Shown: in pieces, positions 15,904 to 24,818 of the stretch
Position numbering within the stretch: the stretch's first letter is position 1
How the letters are laid out: each line of letters opens with the position of its first letter
NCBI GenBank assembly: GCA_023251195.1
Contig: JAHEZG010000003.1
Location: forward strand, 1-34,661
Direction: 5' to 3'
Origin: Chitinophagaceae bacterium
Lineage (GTDB): Bacteria > Bacteroidota > Bacteroidia > Chitinophagales > UBA10324
DNA length: 34,661 bases
Notes under the pieces: generated by a model
Database searches by the model: none
What the model was told of the DNA's origin: nothing
What the model saw: the letters and a program-made list of their open reading frames with translations, nothing else
Translations under genes and position numbers: made by a program

Positions 15904-17910
15904 ATGAAAATTAAACACACAACCACTCAGAGAAACTCACTTGCGAAATGGTTTTCGCTTGCTGCTATCATTTCTCTTTTCGCTTTTGCACCTTCAAAAT
16001 CTTCAGCGCAATTTTTTTGTAATGCAGGATTTCAATACACAATTACCGGAACAACTGTTCAGTTTTGGGATAGTTCGTATTCCACTTCAGGTAGCTATTC
16101 CAGTCAATGGTCATTTGGTAACGGAACGGGATCAACACAACTCAATCCATTGGTGGTATATAACACCACAGGATTGTATTATGTATGCCTTACCATTACA
16201 GATTCCATGAACTCATGCACAAGCACTTATTGCGATAGTATTTATTTGAGTTCAAGTAGTGGAACTTGTTGGGCTTACTTTACTTCAATTATTTCCGGTG
16301 ATACTGTTTCATTCACAGATGCATCGTCGGCGGGCACTAATTCATGGGCTTGGGATTTTGGTGACAATACAACCGGAACTGGTGTAAATCCGGATCACAT
16401 TTATTTAACCTCTGGTTACTTTTATGTTTGTTTATATTCTACAGATACCACCGGTTGTTCAAGTTCCTACTGCAGTTATGTGTACATAAACGGAACAAGC
16501 GTTTCTTGCCAGGCAGGTTTTAATTCAATAAACAATTCAGGCAACTCTATCGCATTCAGCAATACTTCTTCCGGAGCTGGATTTTTTACAAATTATTATT
16601 GGGATTTTGGCGATGGCACTTATTCAACCCAAATGAACCCGACACACAATTATTCAAGCAATGGTGGTTATGTGGTGTGTTTAACCATTTCTGATTCTAC
16701 CGCTTTTTGTTCAGATACTTATTGTGACAGCGTGTATGCTACCGGCAGCACCGGTAGTTGCAATGCCTCTTTTGGTACTTCAGTTTCAGGAAATACAGTT
16801 ACATTCTCAAATACTTCTACAGGTAACTTTACAAATGCTGTGTGGAGTTTTGGTGATGGAACCAGTGCAAATGGTTTATCAGGCGCAACACACACATATA
16901 CTTCAAACGGCCCTTGGATTATTTGTTTAACCATTAATGATAGTACCGGAACTTGTCAGGATTCTGATTGCATTACTTTAACAATTGGCCCCGCAAATAA
17001 CAATTATTTTATTTCAGGAACGATAACAGGAAACAATAATCCTATTGATTTTGCTGAAGTATACCTCATTCAATACGATTCAATCACACAGGCATTGAAC
17101 CTGATCAGCACTTATGAAGTGAGCGTATTTGATTCATCTTCTTACATATTTGCCAATTTGGCTCAAGGTTCATACTTAGTAAAGGCTGCCGCTGATACAG
17201 GAGCAGTTGATTATGCCTCATTAATTCCTACCTACTACAACAACTCATTATTCTGGAGTTCTGCATCGTTTGTGAATGTTGGTCCAAGTCAATACGGTGT
17301 AAACATTAATTTAATTCAGGGTGTAAATCCCGGTGGACCAGGTTTTATTGGTGGCCTGGTTTCTCAGGGTGCGAACAAAATGGAAGCAGAAGGAGATCCG
17401 CTTTCAGGAATTCAAATTATGTTACTGGATATAAGTAACACCGCTGTTGCAAATACTTACTCCGATGCAAATGGAAATTACAGTTTTACGAACATTGCTT
17501 ATGGCACTTATAAAGTTTATGCAGAGATGCTGAATAAAATTACCTACCCTGCAATCGTAACGATTGATGCAACAACTCCTTCCGTTACAAATGTTGCAGT
17601 GATTGTCAATACAAATGAAGTAACTAATAATGCACCATATCTTGATATCACTAACATAGAATCAGCATTAATTTATCCGAATCCTGCAAGTGGAAATGCA
17701 ACATTGAATTTGAATTTAACTCAGTCAGGTTACTACACTGTTCAAATTACTGACATGGCAGGAAGATTATTAAATACTGAAACTATTTCAATGATTCAGG
17801 GAGAAAACTTAGTTAAACTTTCTGTTCAGAATTTTGCAGCCGGATTGTACATGGTTCGCGTATCAGATGCAATCAGCAACTTTAATATGAAACTCACTTT
17901 GATTAAATAA
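15904..17910 (+). CDS. T9SS-sorted secreted protein with four tandem Cys-framed PKD-like modules and two CarboxypepD_reg-like domains
   Basis: Signal peptide ending SSAQ. Four W(S/D)FG(D/N)(G/N)T modules with an 80-84-residue period. Segments like GNYSFTNIAYGTYKVYAE. C-terminal sorting domain LIYPNPASGNATLNLNL...GLYMVRV. Confidence 0.85.
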   Translation: MKIKHTTTQRNSLAKWFSLAAIISLFAFAPSKSSAQFFCNAGFQYTITGTTVQFWDSSYSTSGSYSSQWSFGNGTGSTQLNPLVVYNTTGLYYVCLTITDSMNSCTSTYCDSIYLSSSSGTCWAYFTSIISGDTVSFTDASSAGTNSWAWDFGDNTTGTGVNPDHIYLTSGYFYVCLYSTDTTGCSSSYCSYVYINGTSVSCQAGFNSINNSGNSIAFSNTSSGAGFFTNYYWDFGDGTYSTQMNPTHNYSSNGGYVVCLTISDSTAFCSDTYCDSVYATGSTGSCNASFGTSVSGNTVTFSNTSTGNFTNAVWSFGDGTSANGLSGATHTYTSNGPWIICLTINDSTGTCQDSDCITLTIGPANNNYFISGTITGNNNPIDFAEVYLIQYDSITQALNLISTYEVSVFDSSSYIFANLAQGSYLVKAAADTGAVDYASLIPTYYNNSLFWSSASFVNVGPSQYGVNINLIQGVNPGGPGFIGGLVSQGANKMEAEGDPLSGIQIMLLDISNTAVANTYSDANGNYSFTNIAYGTYKVYAEMLNKITYPAIVTIDATTPSVTNVAVIVNTNEVTNNAPYLDITNIESALIYPNPASGNATLNLNLTQSGYYTVQITDMAGRLLNTETISMIQGENLVKLSVQNFAAGLYMVRVSDAISNFNMKLTLIK

Positions 17911-17960
17911 TGGGTATGAATTGAAATTTAATCCGACTTTATGGTTGGAACAAATAAAAA

Positions 17961-17988
17961 CAGGGCATCTTTTTTTGAAGATGCCCTG
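17961..17988. terminator. Bidirectional rho-independent terminator between convergent genes
   Basis: cagggcatctt (17961-17971) pairs perfectly with aagatgccctg (17978-17988). An A run lies upstream and a T run downstream, so it can work on both strands. Confidence 0.8.
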
Positions 17989-18005
17989 TTTTTATTTGTT
18001 ATAAA

Positions 18006-18374
18006 TTAAAATGGTATTTCAGCATGTATTAAATCAATTGTAATGCTCAATGTTTTTTTATTTGAAATTAAAACACATTCGAGCACATTCGTTTCATCAT
18101 GCAATGAAACAGGAATAGCATTGATAAAAAATCCTTTGTTAACTAATACCGATAAAAGTGGCAAGCCATTTTTTTCACCCATTCGGGTAACAATTAGTTT
18201 ACCGTTAAAAGGTATGATTGCTTTAAATATAATTTCTGAATCGCCTGTTAATTCAGCATTAACCTTAAAAGCATTAACTGGCTTTAATTTAATATTCGGA
18301 GAAAACAACACATCATTACTGAAATCAAAATTTGATTTCATTATAGATGAACCGGGTAACTCGCGGGTTTTCAT
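18006..18374 (-). CDS. Hypothetical protein (the coding strand is uncertain)
   Basis: 122-aa ORF downstream of and co-oriented with ftsX and the DUF3098-like gene. It ends 18 nt before the terminator hairpin. An almost coextensive ORF exists on the plus strand (18043-18396). No recognisable domain. Confidence 0.45.
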   Translation of the reverse strand: MKTRELPGSSIMKSNFDFSNDVLFSPNIKLKPVNAFKVNAELTGDSEIIFKAIIPFNGKLIVTRMGEKNGLPLLSVLVNKGFFINAIPVSLHDETNVLECVLISNKKTLSITIDLIHAEIPF

Positions 18375-18441
18375 TGTTAGTTTTTATTGGATGTGAATAT
18401 AAATGGATTATTATTAATAGGATAGCTTTTTAACCGAAATC

Positions 18442-18705
18442 TTAATCCTTTGGTTTTTTTAATATACCAACCATAACCACTACATATCCAAGAATTACAA
18501 CAATGGGAGCAAGGGTTATTCTTCTGAAACTATATATTTCTTCAACCTTCCATTCATTTGGCTTTTGTGCTCCACCCGACATTAAAAAGTAACCAATAAT
18601 CAAAATAGTTACCCCCGCAAAAATGATTGCATAATTTTCTTTCTTGAATAGAAATTCATTTTTTTCAGAAGTAGAAATTTTAGTAGAATCTTTAGTTGTT
18701 GCCAT
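18442..18705 (-). CDS. Small two-TM membrane protein, DUF3098-like
   Basis: Two hydrophobic helices (YAIIFAGVTILIIGYFLMSGG and ITLAPIVVILGYVVVMVGIL). From memory, the size, motif and position just downstream of ftsX match the DUF3098 family of Bacteroidota. Confidence 0.6.
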   Translation of the reverse strand: MATTKDSTKISTSEKNEFLFKKENYAIIFAGVTILIIGYFLMSGGAQKPNEWKVEEIYSFRRITLAPIVVILGYVVVMVGILKKPKD

Positions 18706-18792
18706 AATTATTTTTTCGCGATCACGAAAGTAGTTGATAATCTGAATTCAGTAAAAGATTTTTTTGATTCATCATTCAATATTGATTATTCA

Positions 18793-19665
18793 CTAATATA
18801 ATTCATCAAGGTGCATTCTTAAATATTTATTAACCACTAAATAACTACTCGCGATAGTGAAGAATATTCCAAGGAAAATTATTCCTGCAAAAAGCGATAT
18901 AGTCAGATTAAAATCCTGCAGTGCTTTTAGGTCTGGTAAAATATTTAACATAACATTTAACAATGAAATCAGCAATGCAACTGCTATTATTCCGCTGATA
19001 AATCCATTCAATAATCCTTTTATTAAAAACGGTTTTCTAATAAAGGAATTTGTTGCACCTACCAACTGCATACTTCGCAAAAGAAATCGTTGCGAATACA
19101 TAGCTAACCGAATGGTAGAATCAATTAAAGTAAAAGCAACAAATCCAAGTAATAAACTCAAAATAATGATGATGATATTTATGGTTTTGAAATTATTATT
19201 GGCTAATTCAACCAATTTACTTTCGTAATAAAATTCCTGGACGGCGGGATTTGTTTGTAATTTATTTTGAATAGCCATCACACTATCAGGTTGAGTATAG
19301 TTCGCATTCATCTTAATGTCAATGGAAGAGAACAACGGATTTCCTTCCAGCATATCGCGATAATCATCACCGAATTCTTCAATGTAAATATCCTGCGCCT
19401 GCGCTTTCGAAATGTAATCAGCACTCTTCACAAATGGTTGAGTACTGAGTTCAGCCAATAATTTTTTTGCAGAATCATCATTCACATCATCTTTCAATAT
19501 CAGTGTGAACGAAATATTTTCTTTCAGGTAATCCGACATTTTGCTTCCGTGTAATAAAATCAGAAATAAAATTCCGGCTACAAACAAAACCAATGCTGTA
19601 CTGATAATACTATATATATGTGAGGGTTTAAATCGTCGTCGTGATTTGTTTTTACTGGTTGCCAT
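18793..19665 (-). CDS. ftsX: Cell division protein FtsX-like permease
   Basis: N-terminal basic stretch, one TM helix, a periplasmic domain of about 100 residues, then three TM helices. The FtsX motif region is SMQLVGATNSFIRKPFLIKGLLNG. Confidence 0.85.
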   Translation of the reverse strand: MATSKNKSRRRFKPSHIYSIISTALVLFVAGILFLILLHGSKMSDYLKENISFTLILKDDVNDDSAKKLLAELSTQPFVKSADYISKAQAQDIYIEEFGDDYRDMLEGNPLFSSIDIKMNANYTQPDSVMAIQNKLQTNPAVQEFYYESKLVELANNNFKTINIIIIILSLLLGFVAFTLIDSTIRLAMYSQRFLLRSMQLVGATNSFIRKPFLIKGLLNGFISGIIAVALLISLLNVMLNILPDLKALQDFNLTISLFAGIIFLGIFFTIASSYLVVNKYLRMHLDELY

Positions 19666-19782
19666 GCGCCGAAATTAGAACGCATTCATTCAGACTTTAT
19701 ATATGTTAAACGCAATTAATTAACATGAGAATCTTTATTTGAAAGTTGTTCGCTACTGTGTTTTCACCTCCGATTGCTTTAT

Positions 19783-19790
19783 TAGATTTG
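19783..19790 (+). promoter_or_regulatory. Possible -7 promoter box (TAGATTTG) for leuS
   Basis: Matches the Bacteroidota -7 consensus TAnnTTTG, 10 nt before the leuS ATG. I see no convincing -33 TTTG partner. Confidence 0.25.
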
Positions 19791-19800
19791 CGCCCCTGAT

Positions 19801-22731
19801 ATGGAATACAAGTTTAGCGAGATAGAAGAGCAGATAAAAAAATTCTGGAGCGATAAAAATATTTATCGCGTTGGTGATGCTGAGAGCGGAAAGCCCAAGT
19901 ATTATGTGTTGGATATGTTTCCGTATCCGAGTGGCGCGGGCTTGCATGTCGGTCATCCGCTGGGATACATTGCGAGTGATATTTATTCACGCTACAAGCG
20001 CATGAAGGGTTTCAATGTGTTACACCCTATGGGTTATGATTCGTTTGGGTTGCCCGCTGAACAATATGCGATTCAAACCGGACAACATCCTGCAATCACC
20101 ACTGAACAAAACATCAAGCGGTTTCGTGAGCAGTATGATAAAATGGGATTCTGTTTCGACTGGACTCGTGAAGTAAAAACCAGCGACGCTGAATTCTATA
20201 AATGGACGCAATGGATTTTTATTCAGTTGTTCAACTCGTGGTACAACAACTCAACTGATAAAGCAGAAAATATTTCTTCGCTCGAAAAAATTTTTACAAC
20301 AGAAGGAAATGCAAATGTGAAAGCCGCTCACGCGGAAGTGAAAATATTTTCTGCTGATGAATGGAAGAAATTCAGTGAGAGCGAGCAACAGGAAATTCTG
20401 ATGCAGTATCGTTTGGCTTTTCTTTCTGAAGCGTATGTGAACTGGTGTCCTGCATTGGGAACTGTGTTGGCGAATGATGAAGTGAAAGATGGAGTGAGCG
20501 AGCGTGGTGGTTATCCTGTTGAACGGAAATTAATGAAGCAATGGATGTTGCGCATCACGGCTTATGCTGAAAGATTGCTGAGTGGTTTGAATGATTTGCA
20601 GTGGAGTGAGTCCATTAAGGAAGCACAACGAAATTGGATTGGAAGAAGTGAAGGAGCGTCAGCAAAATTTCAGATTGCAGATTCCAAATTACAGATTGAA
20701 GTTTTCACCACTCGCCCCGACACCATTTTCGGTGTAACATTTTTAACACTTGCGCCGGAGCATGAACTGATAAATCAAATCACTCCTGACTCACATAAAA
20801 AAGAAGTGGAAGAATATGTGCTCTACGCGAAGAACCGCAGTGAGCGCGAGCGCATGACCGAAGTGAAAAAAATTACCGGAGTATTTACCGGCGCTTATGC
20901 CATTCATCCGTTCACCGGAAAACAAATTCCGGTTTGGATTGGCGAATATGTTTTGGCGGGATACGGAACCGGTGCGGTGATGGGAGTTCCCGGTCACGAC
21001 AGCCGCGATTATGGTTTTGCAAAACATTTCAATCTCGAAATCATTGAAGTGGTTTCCGGCGGAGATATTTCGAAGGAAGCTTTTGAAGGTGAAGGAAAAA
21101 ATATCAACTCCACTTTTCTCGATGGATTAAAAACTGTGGATGCAAAAAAGAAAGTGATTGATGAGATTGAGAAAAATAAAATCGGTGAGCGAAAAATAAA
21201 TTTCAAACTGCGCGATGCGGTGTTTGGTCGTCAGCGTTACTGGGGCGAACCCATTCCCATTTATTATGATGAGCAAAATATTCCGAGAGTGGTGGATGAA
21301 AATGATTTGCCAATCCGATTGCCCGAAGTAGATAAATACTTGCCGACAGAAACCGGTGAGCCGCCACTGGCGAATGCAAAAAACTGGAAGTACAAAAACA
21401 AATTTGAGTTTGAGAAAACCACTATGCCCGGTTGGGCTGGCAGCAGTTGGTACTTGTTTCGTTACATGGACCCGCACAACAAAAATGCTTTTGCAGGAAA
21501 AGACAAACTTGATTACTGGAAGCAGGTTGATTTTTACATCGGCGGCAGCGAGCACGCCACAGGGCACTTAATGTATTTCCGTTTCTGGACAAAATTTTTG
21601 AAAGACCTTGGCTTGATTGATATTGAAGAACCCGCAAAGAGATTGGTGAATCAGGGAATGATTCAAGGAGTGTCAGCGAAAGTTTTTAAAAATAATTTCA
21701 ATTTTAAAACAGCGCCTCAATCAATTGCTTATAAAAGATTTGCTTCAAAGTATATCACCGATTCCGCCACCATAGAAAATATTGTTGATGTGTTTCTTTG
21801 TAAAGATTTTGTTGTTAATGATTCTCAGAAAAGCAGTTTGCCTTTCCTTCTATCTGACATAAATCTTCCGGTGGATTTTGCTGATTTTACAAAATATCAA
21901 TTTGACATAAAAGCATTTTATGAATCAGGTGATAACAGAGCAAAAAATGTTTTGTTCATTTTCATTGGAGGAATTTTTCTTAATGGAAAATTTTTCTTTG
22001 ATGCTGGAGTAAATAACTATTCGTTTGGATTTACGGCTATTCCTGAAAAAATGTCCAAGTCAAAATATAATGTTGTCAATCCTGATGACATTATAGAAAA
22101 GTATGGCGCCGACTGTTTCCGCATGTATGAAATGTTTCTCGGTCCGGTTGAAATGAGCAAGCCGTGGGACACAAAAGGAATTGATGGCGTGAGTCGCTTC
22201 CTGCGCAAACTCTGGAAATTATTTTACAGCGATGATGGAAAATGGTTAGTGACAAATGAAGCCGCCACAAATGATGAATTAAAAATTCTGCACAAGACCA
22301 TTAAGAAAGTAGAAGACGATATTGAAAAATTATCTTACAACACTTCAGTGAGCGCATTCATGATTTGCGTGAACGAACTCACCGATTTAAAATGCCACAA
22401 AGCAGAAGTGCTGAAAGATTTGTTGCTCATACTTTCTCCTTTCGCTCCGTTCACCACAGAATTTTTGTGGCAGGAGATGAAGCAGGGCGGAAGTATTGTT
22501 ACAACAAATTTCCCGAAAGTGCGAGAAGAATTGTTAGTTGAAAATTCTTTCGAATATCCAATCGCAATCAACGGAAAAACAAAAACAAAAATCACTTTTG
22601 CGTTGGACAAAGAAATTTCAACGATTGAAAAAGAAGTTCTTGACATGGAAATTCTGAAAAAATATTTTGAGGGAAGAGCACCGAAGAAAATAATTGTAGT
22701 GAAAGGGAAAATGATAAATGTTGTAGTGTAA
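19801..22731 (+). CDS. leuS: Leucine--tRNA ligase
   Basis: Class I motifs (PYPSGAGLHVGHPLGY for HIGH, and KMSKS at 22048-22062), a CP1 editing domain and the anticodon-binding C-terminus. 976 aa. Confidence 0.95.
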   Translation: MEYKFSEIEEQIKKFWSDKNIYRVGDAESGKPKYYVLDMFPYPSGAGLHVGHPLGYIASDIYSRYKRMKGFNVLHPMGYDSFGLPAEQYAIQTGQHPAITTEQNIKRFREQYDKMGFCFDWTREVKTSDAEFYKWTQWIFIQLFNSWYNNSTDKAENISSLEKIFTTEGNANVKAAHAEVKIFSADEWKKFSESEQQEILMQYRLAFLSEAYVNWCPALGTVLANDEVKDGVSERGGYPVERKLMKQWMLRITAYAERLLSGLNDLQWSESIKEAQRNWIGRSEGASAKFQIADSKLQIEVFTTRPDTIFGVTFLTLAPEHELINQITPDSHKKEVEEYVLYAKNRSERERMTEVKKITGVFTGAYAIHPFTGKQIPVWIGEYVLAGYGTGAVMGVPGHDSRDYGFAKHFNLEIIEVVSGGDISKEAFEGEGKNINSTFLDGLKTVDAKKKVIDEIEKNKIGERKINFKLRDAVFGRQRYWGEPIPIYYDEQNIPRVVDENDLPIRLPEVDKYLPTETGEPPLANAKNWKYKNKFEFEKTTMPGWAGSSWYLFRYMDPHNKNAFAGKDKLDYWKQVDFYIGGSEHATGHLMYFRFWTKFLKDLGLIDIEEPAKRLVNQGMIQGVSAKVFKNNFNFKTAPQSIAYKRFASKYITDSATIENIVDVFLCKDFVVNDSQKSSLPFLLSDINLPVDFADFTKYQFDIKAFYESGDNRAKNVLFIFIGGIFLNGKFFFDAGVNNYSFGFTAIPEKMSKSKYNVVNPDDIIEKYGADCFRMYEMFLGPVEMSKPWDTKGIDGVSRFLRKLWKLFYSDDGKWLVTNEAATNDELKILHKTIKKVEDDIEKLSYNTSVSAFMICVNELTDLKCHKAEVLKDLLLILSPFAPFTTEFLWQEMKQGGSIVTTNFPKVREELLVENSFEYPIAINGKTKTKITFALDKEISTIEKEVLDMEILKKYFEGRAPKKIIVVKGKMINVVV

Positions 22732-22732
22732 A

Positions 22733-23395
22733 ATGAAATGTATTGGAATGAAACGACTATCATTAATCTTATTTCTGACAATAGTTTTTGAAAGTTGGGC
22801 ATTCTCATTTACCCGGGTTTTCTTCATGGATAAGGAATTGAAAAATGCTTCTCTCATTAAGGAAATAATCATTCATGGTTACACTTCTCGCATTGATACA
22901 TTGCCTAATCAAGAACCAATTGGAATTGAAAAAGTAATTAATGAAATGACATTTTCAGTTGTTGACAAACCTGACATTTTATTAAAGTATAAACCACCAT
23001 ATACAGGTTCTGTTAATCAGACTGCTTACTACGACATAAAGCAAAAAGACAATTACAAATCAATGATTCCTCCTGAAGGTTACTGGCCTTCAATTGGTGA
23101 TACAGTATTAGTTGTGTTTGATTCATCAAATCATGTAATACTTTTTGCAGAAATCATTGATACTTCCACGACAGTTGAATATCAATTTTGGTCACCCTAT
23201 CATACATCAAGCTGGAATACGCAATTCTTTATTAGCTCACCTTTCAGACCTGTAAAAACTAATGACACTGGAAAAATTTGGGAACATTTACAGGAAATGG
23301 CAAAGGAGAGAGGATACGAATTTGCAAGTCAATTTTATTGTAGCATTAATAAAAATGACTTATGGCAATACTTAGACGAGATACGAAAAAAATAA
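22733..23395 (+). CDS. Hypothetical secreted protein (AT-rich orphan)
   Basis: 220-aa ORF starting 2 nt after the leuS stop, with an alternative ATG at 22748. Hydrophobic N-terminus (LSLILFLTIVFESWAF). No recognisable domain. Confidence 0.55.
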   Translation: MKCIGMKRLSLILFLTIVFESWAFSFTRVFFMDKELKNASLIKEIIIHGYTSRIDTLPNQEPIGIEKVINEMTFSVVDKPDILLKYKPPYTGSVNQTAYYDIKQKDNYKSMIPPEGYWPSIGDTVLVVFDSSNHVILFAEIIDTSTTVEYQFWSPYHTSSWNTQFFISSPFRPVKTNDTGKIWEHLQEMAKERGYEFASQFYCSINKNDLWQYLDEIRKK

Positions 23396-23478
23396 CTACA
23401 GTAACTTAGAGTCACAGAGAAAAAATCAAAAGCAAAAAGACTCTGCGTCTCCGCGCCTCTGCGGTAAAAGAAACTCCA

Positions 23479-24663
23479 ATGAACGAATCAAACGAATTAA
23501 AATATTCTCAGCGCGGTGTGAGTGCGAACAAAGAAGATGTTCACGCTGCAATAAAAAATCTCGACAAGGGATTATTTCCAAATGCATTTTGCAAAATCTA
23601 TGAAGATGCATTAGGCGGCGACGAAAATTATTGCAACATCATTCACGCCGATGGAAGCGGAACAAAATCATCGCTTGCTTACTTGTATTGGAAAGAAACC
23701 GGCGACCTTTCTGTCTGGAAAGGAATTGCACAAGACAGCATCGTGATGAATCTCGATGATTTATTGTGCGTGGGAGCAACCGGTCCGTTTATTTTTTCTT
23801 CAGTCATCAACCGCAACAAGAATTTAATTCCCGGTGAAGTGTTACAGCAAATCATTGAAGGCAATCACGAGTTCTTCATGAAGATGAAGCAGCACGGAGT
23901 GGACATTGTTTACATGGGTGGCGAAACTGCCGACATGGGTGATGTTATTCGTACAGTGAGTGTTGACTCCACTATCGCTTGCCGCATGAAACGCAGTGAT
24001 GTGATTGAAATTAATTTACAGGCAGGCGATGTGATTGTTGGTTTGTCTTCCAGTGGAAAAGCAAACTACGAAGATGAATTTAACAGCGGCATCGGCAGCA
24101 ACGGACTCACTGCAGCACGGCACGATGTATTGAATAAAACTTATGCGGATGAATATCCGGAGAGTTTCGATACAGACCTTCCGCGCAAAATAGTTTTCAC
24201 AGGAAGTAAGAAACTCACTGATGAAGTGGAAGGTGCAGAAATGAATGCAGGAAAATTATTGCTCTCACCAACGCGAACTTTTGCTCCTGTAATTCTTTCG
24301 CTTTTGAAAAATGTCACCCTGAGCTCTTCGAAGGGTATTCACGGCATCATCCACAATAGCGGCGGCGGATTGCGCAAGGTGATGCACTTCAACAAATCGG
24401 TTCATGTGATAAAGGATAATTTATTTCCACTTCCATCCGTTTTCAAATTGATTCAACAGGAATCAAAAACAGATTGGAAAGAAATGTATCAGGTGTTCAA
24501 CATGGGACAGCGAATGGAAATTTATTGCACCGCAGAATCAGCAAGCGAAATCATCCGCATCTCACAATCATTCGGCATCGAAGCACAAATCATCGGCAGA
24601 TGCGAAGCCAGCGCTCAACCTAAACTCACTATTGAATCTGAGTTTGGGAGGTTTGAGTATTAG
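23479..24663 (+). CDS. purM: Phosphoribosylformylglycinamidine cyclo-ligase (AIR synthase), long Bacteroidota form
   Basis: RGVSANKEDVHAAIKNLDKGLFPNAFCKI, HADGSGTKSSLAYLYWKETGD, GGETADMGD and HNSGGG motifs. The C-terminus ...LTIESEFGRFEY matches what I recall of Bacteroidota PurM. Confidence 0.85.
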   Translation: MNESNELKYSQRGVSANKEDVHAAIKNLDKGLFPNAFCKIYEDALGGDENYCNIIHADGSGTKSSLAYLYWKETGDLSVWKGIAQDSIVMNLDDLLCVGATGPFIFSSVINRNKNLIPGEVLQQIIEGNHEFFMKMKQHGVDIVYMGGETADMGDVIRTVSVDSTIACRMKRSDVIEINLQAGDVIVGLSSSGKANYEDEFNSGIGSNGLTAARHDVLNKTYADEYPESFDTDLPRKIVFTGSKKLTDEVEGAEMNAGKLLLSPTRTFAPVILSLLKNVTLSSSKGIHGIIHNSGGGLRKVMHFNKSVHVIKDNLFPLPSVFKLIQQESKTDWKEMYQVFNMGQRMEIYCTAESASEIIRISQSFGIEAQIIGRCEASAQPKLTIESEFGRFEY

Positions 24664-24771
24664 CCTCGGATGAATTGCGATTAATTAAGTAATTCATTTA
24701 TTTTATATGACAGAAGCAGATTTCATGTTCTCAATTTCAACTATCGAAAATAAAATCAAAAAATAATGCTT

Positions 24772-24799
24772 GGAAACTTTGGAAATGAAAAATGTTTCC
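24772..24799 (+). promoter_or_regulatory. Candidate TetR operator upstream of the efflux operon
   Basis: GGAAAC (24772-24777) and GTTTCC (24794-24799) form an inverted repeat. A direct repeat TTGGAAAC/TTGGAAAT is also present. The site lies 20-47 nt upstream of the tetR ATG. Confidence 0.25.
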
Positions 24800-24818
24800 T
24801 TAGTATTGCGACCCGTTT

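Noticed and set aside
21127-21567. A 146-aa antisense ORF inside leuS. Smaller ones lie at 20791-21027, 21009-21206 and 21422-21637.
   Set aside because: It is fully embedded in a confidently identified essential gene. The composition is Phe/Ile/Cys-rich, typical of shadow frames, and there is no independent signal.
22335-22808. A 157-aa minus-strand ORF spanning the leuS 3' end and the start of the orphan gene.
   Set aside because: It is antisense to two better-supported ORFs, and its low-complexity hydrophobic sequence has no motif.
23396-23478. A possible purine or ZTP riboswitch upstream of purM.
   Set aside because: The leader is only 83 nt and lacks the conserved cores I know for either class. 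The visible structure is explained by short GC-rich repeats.
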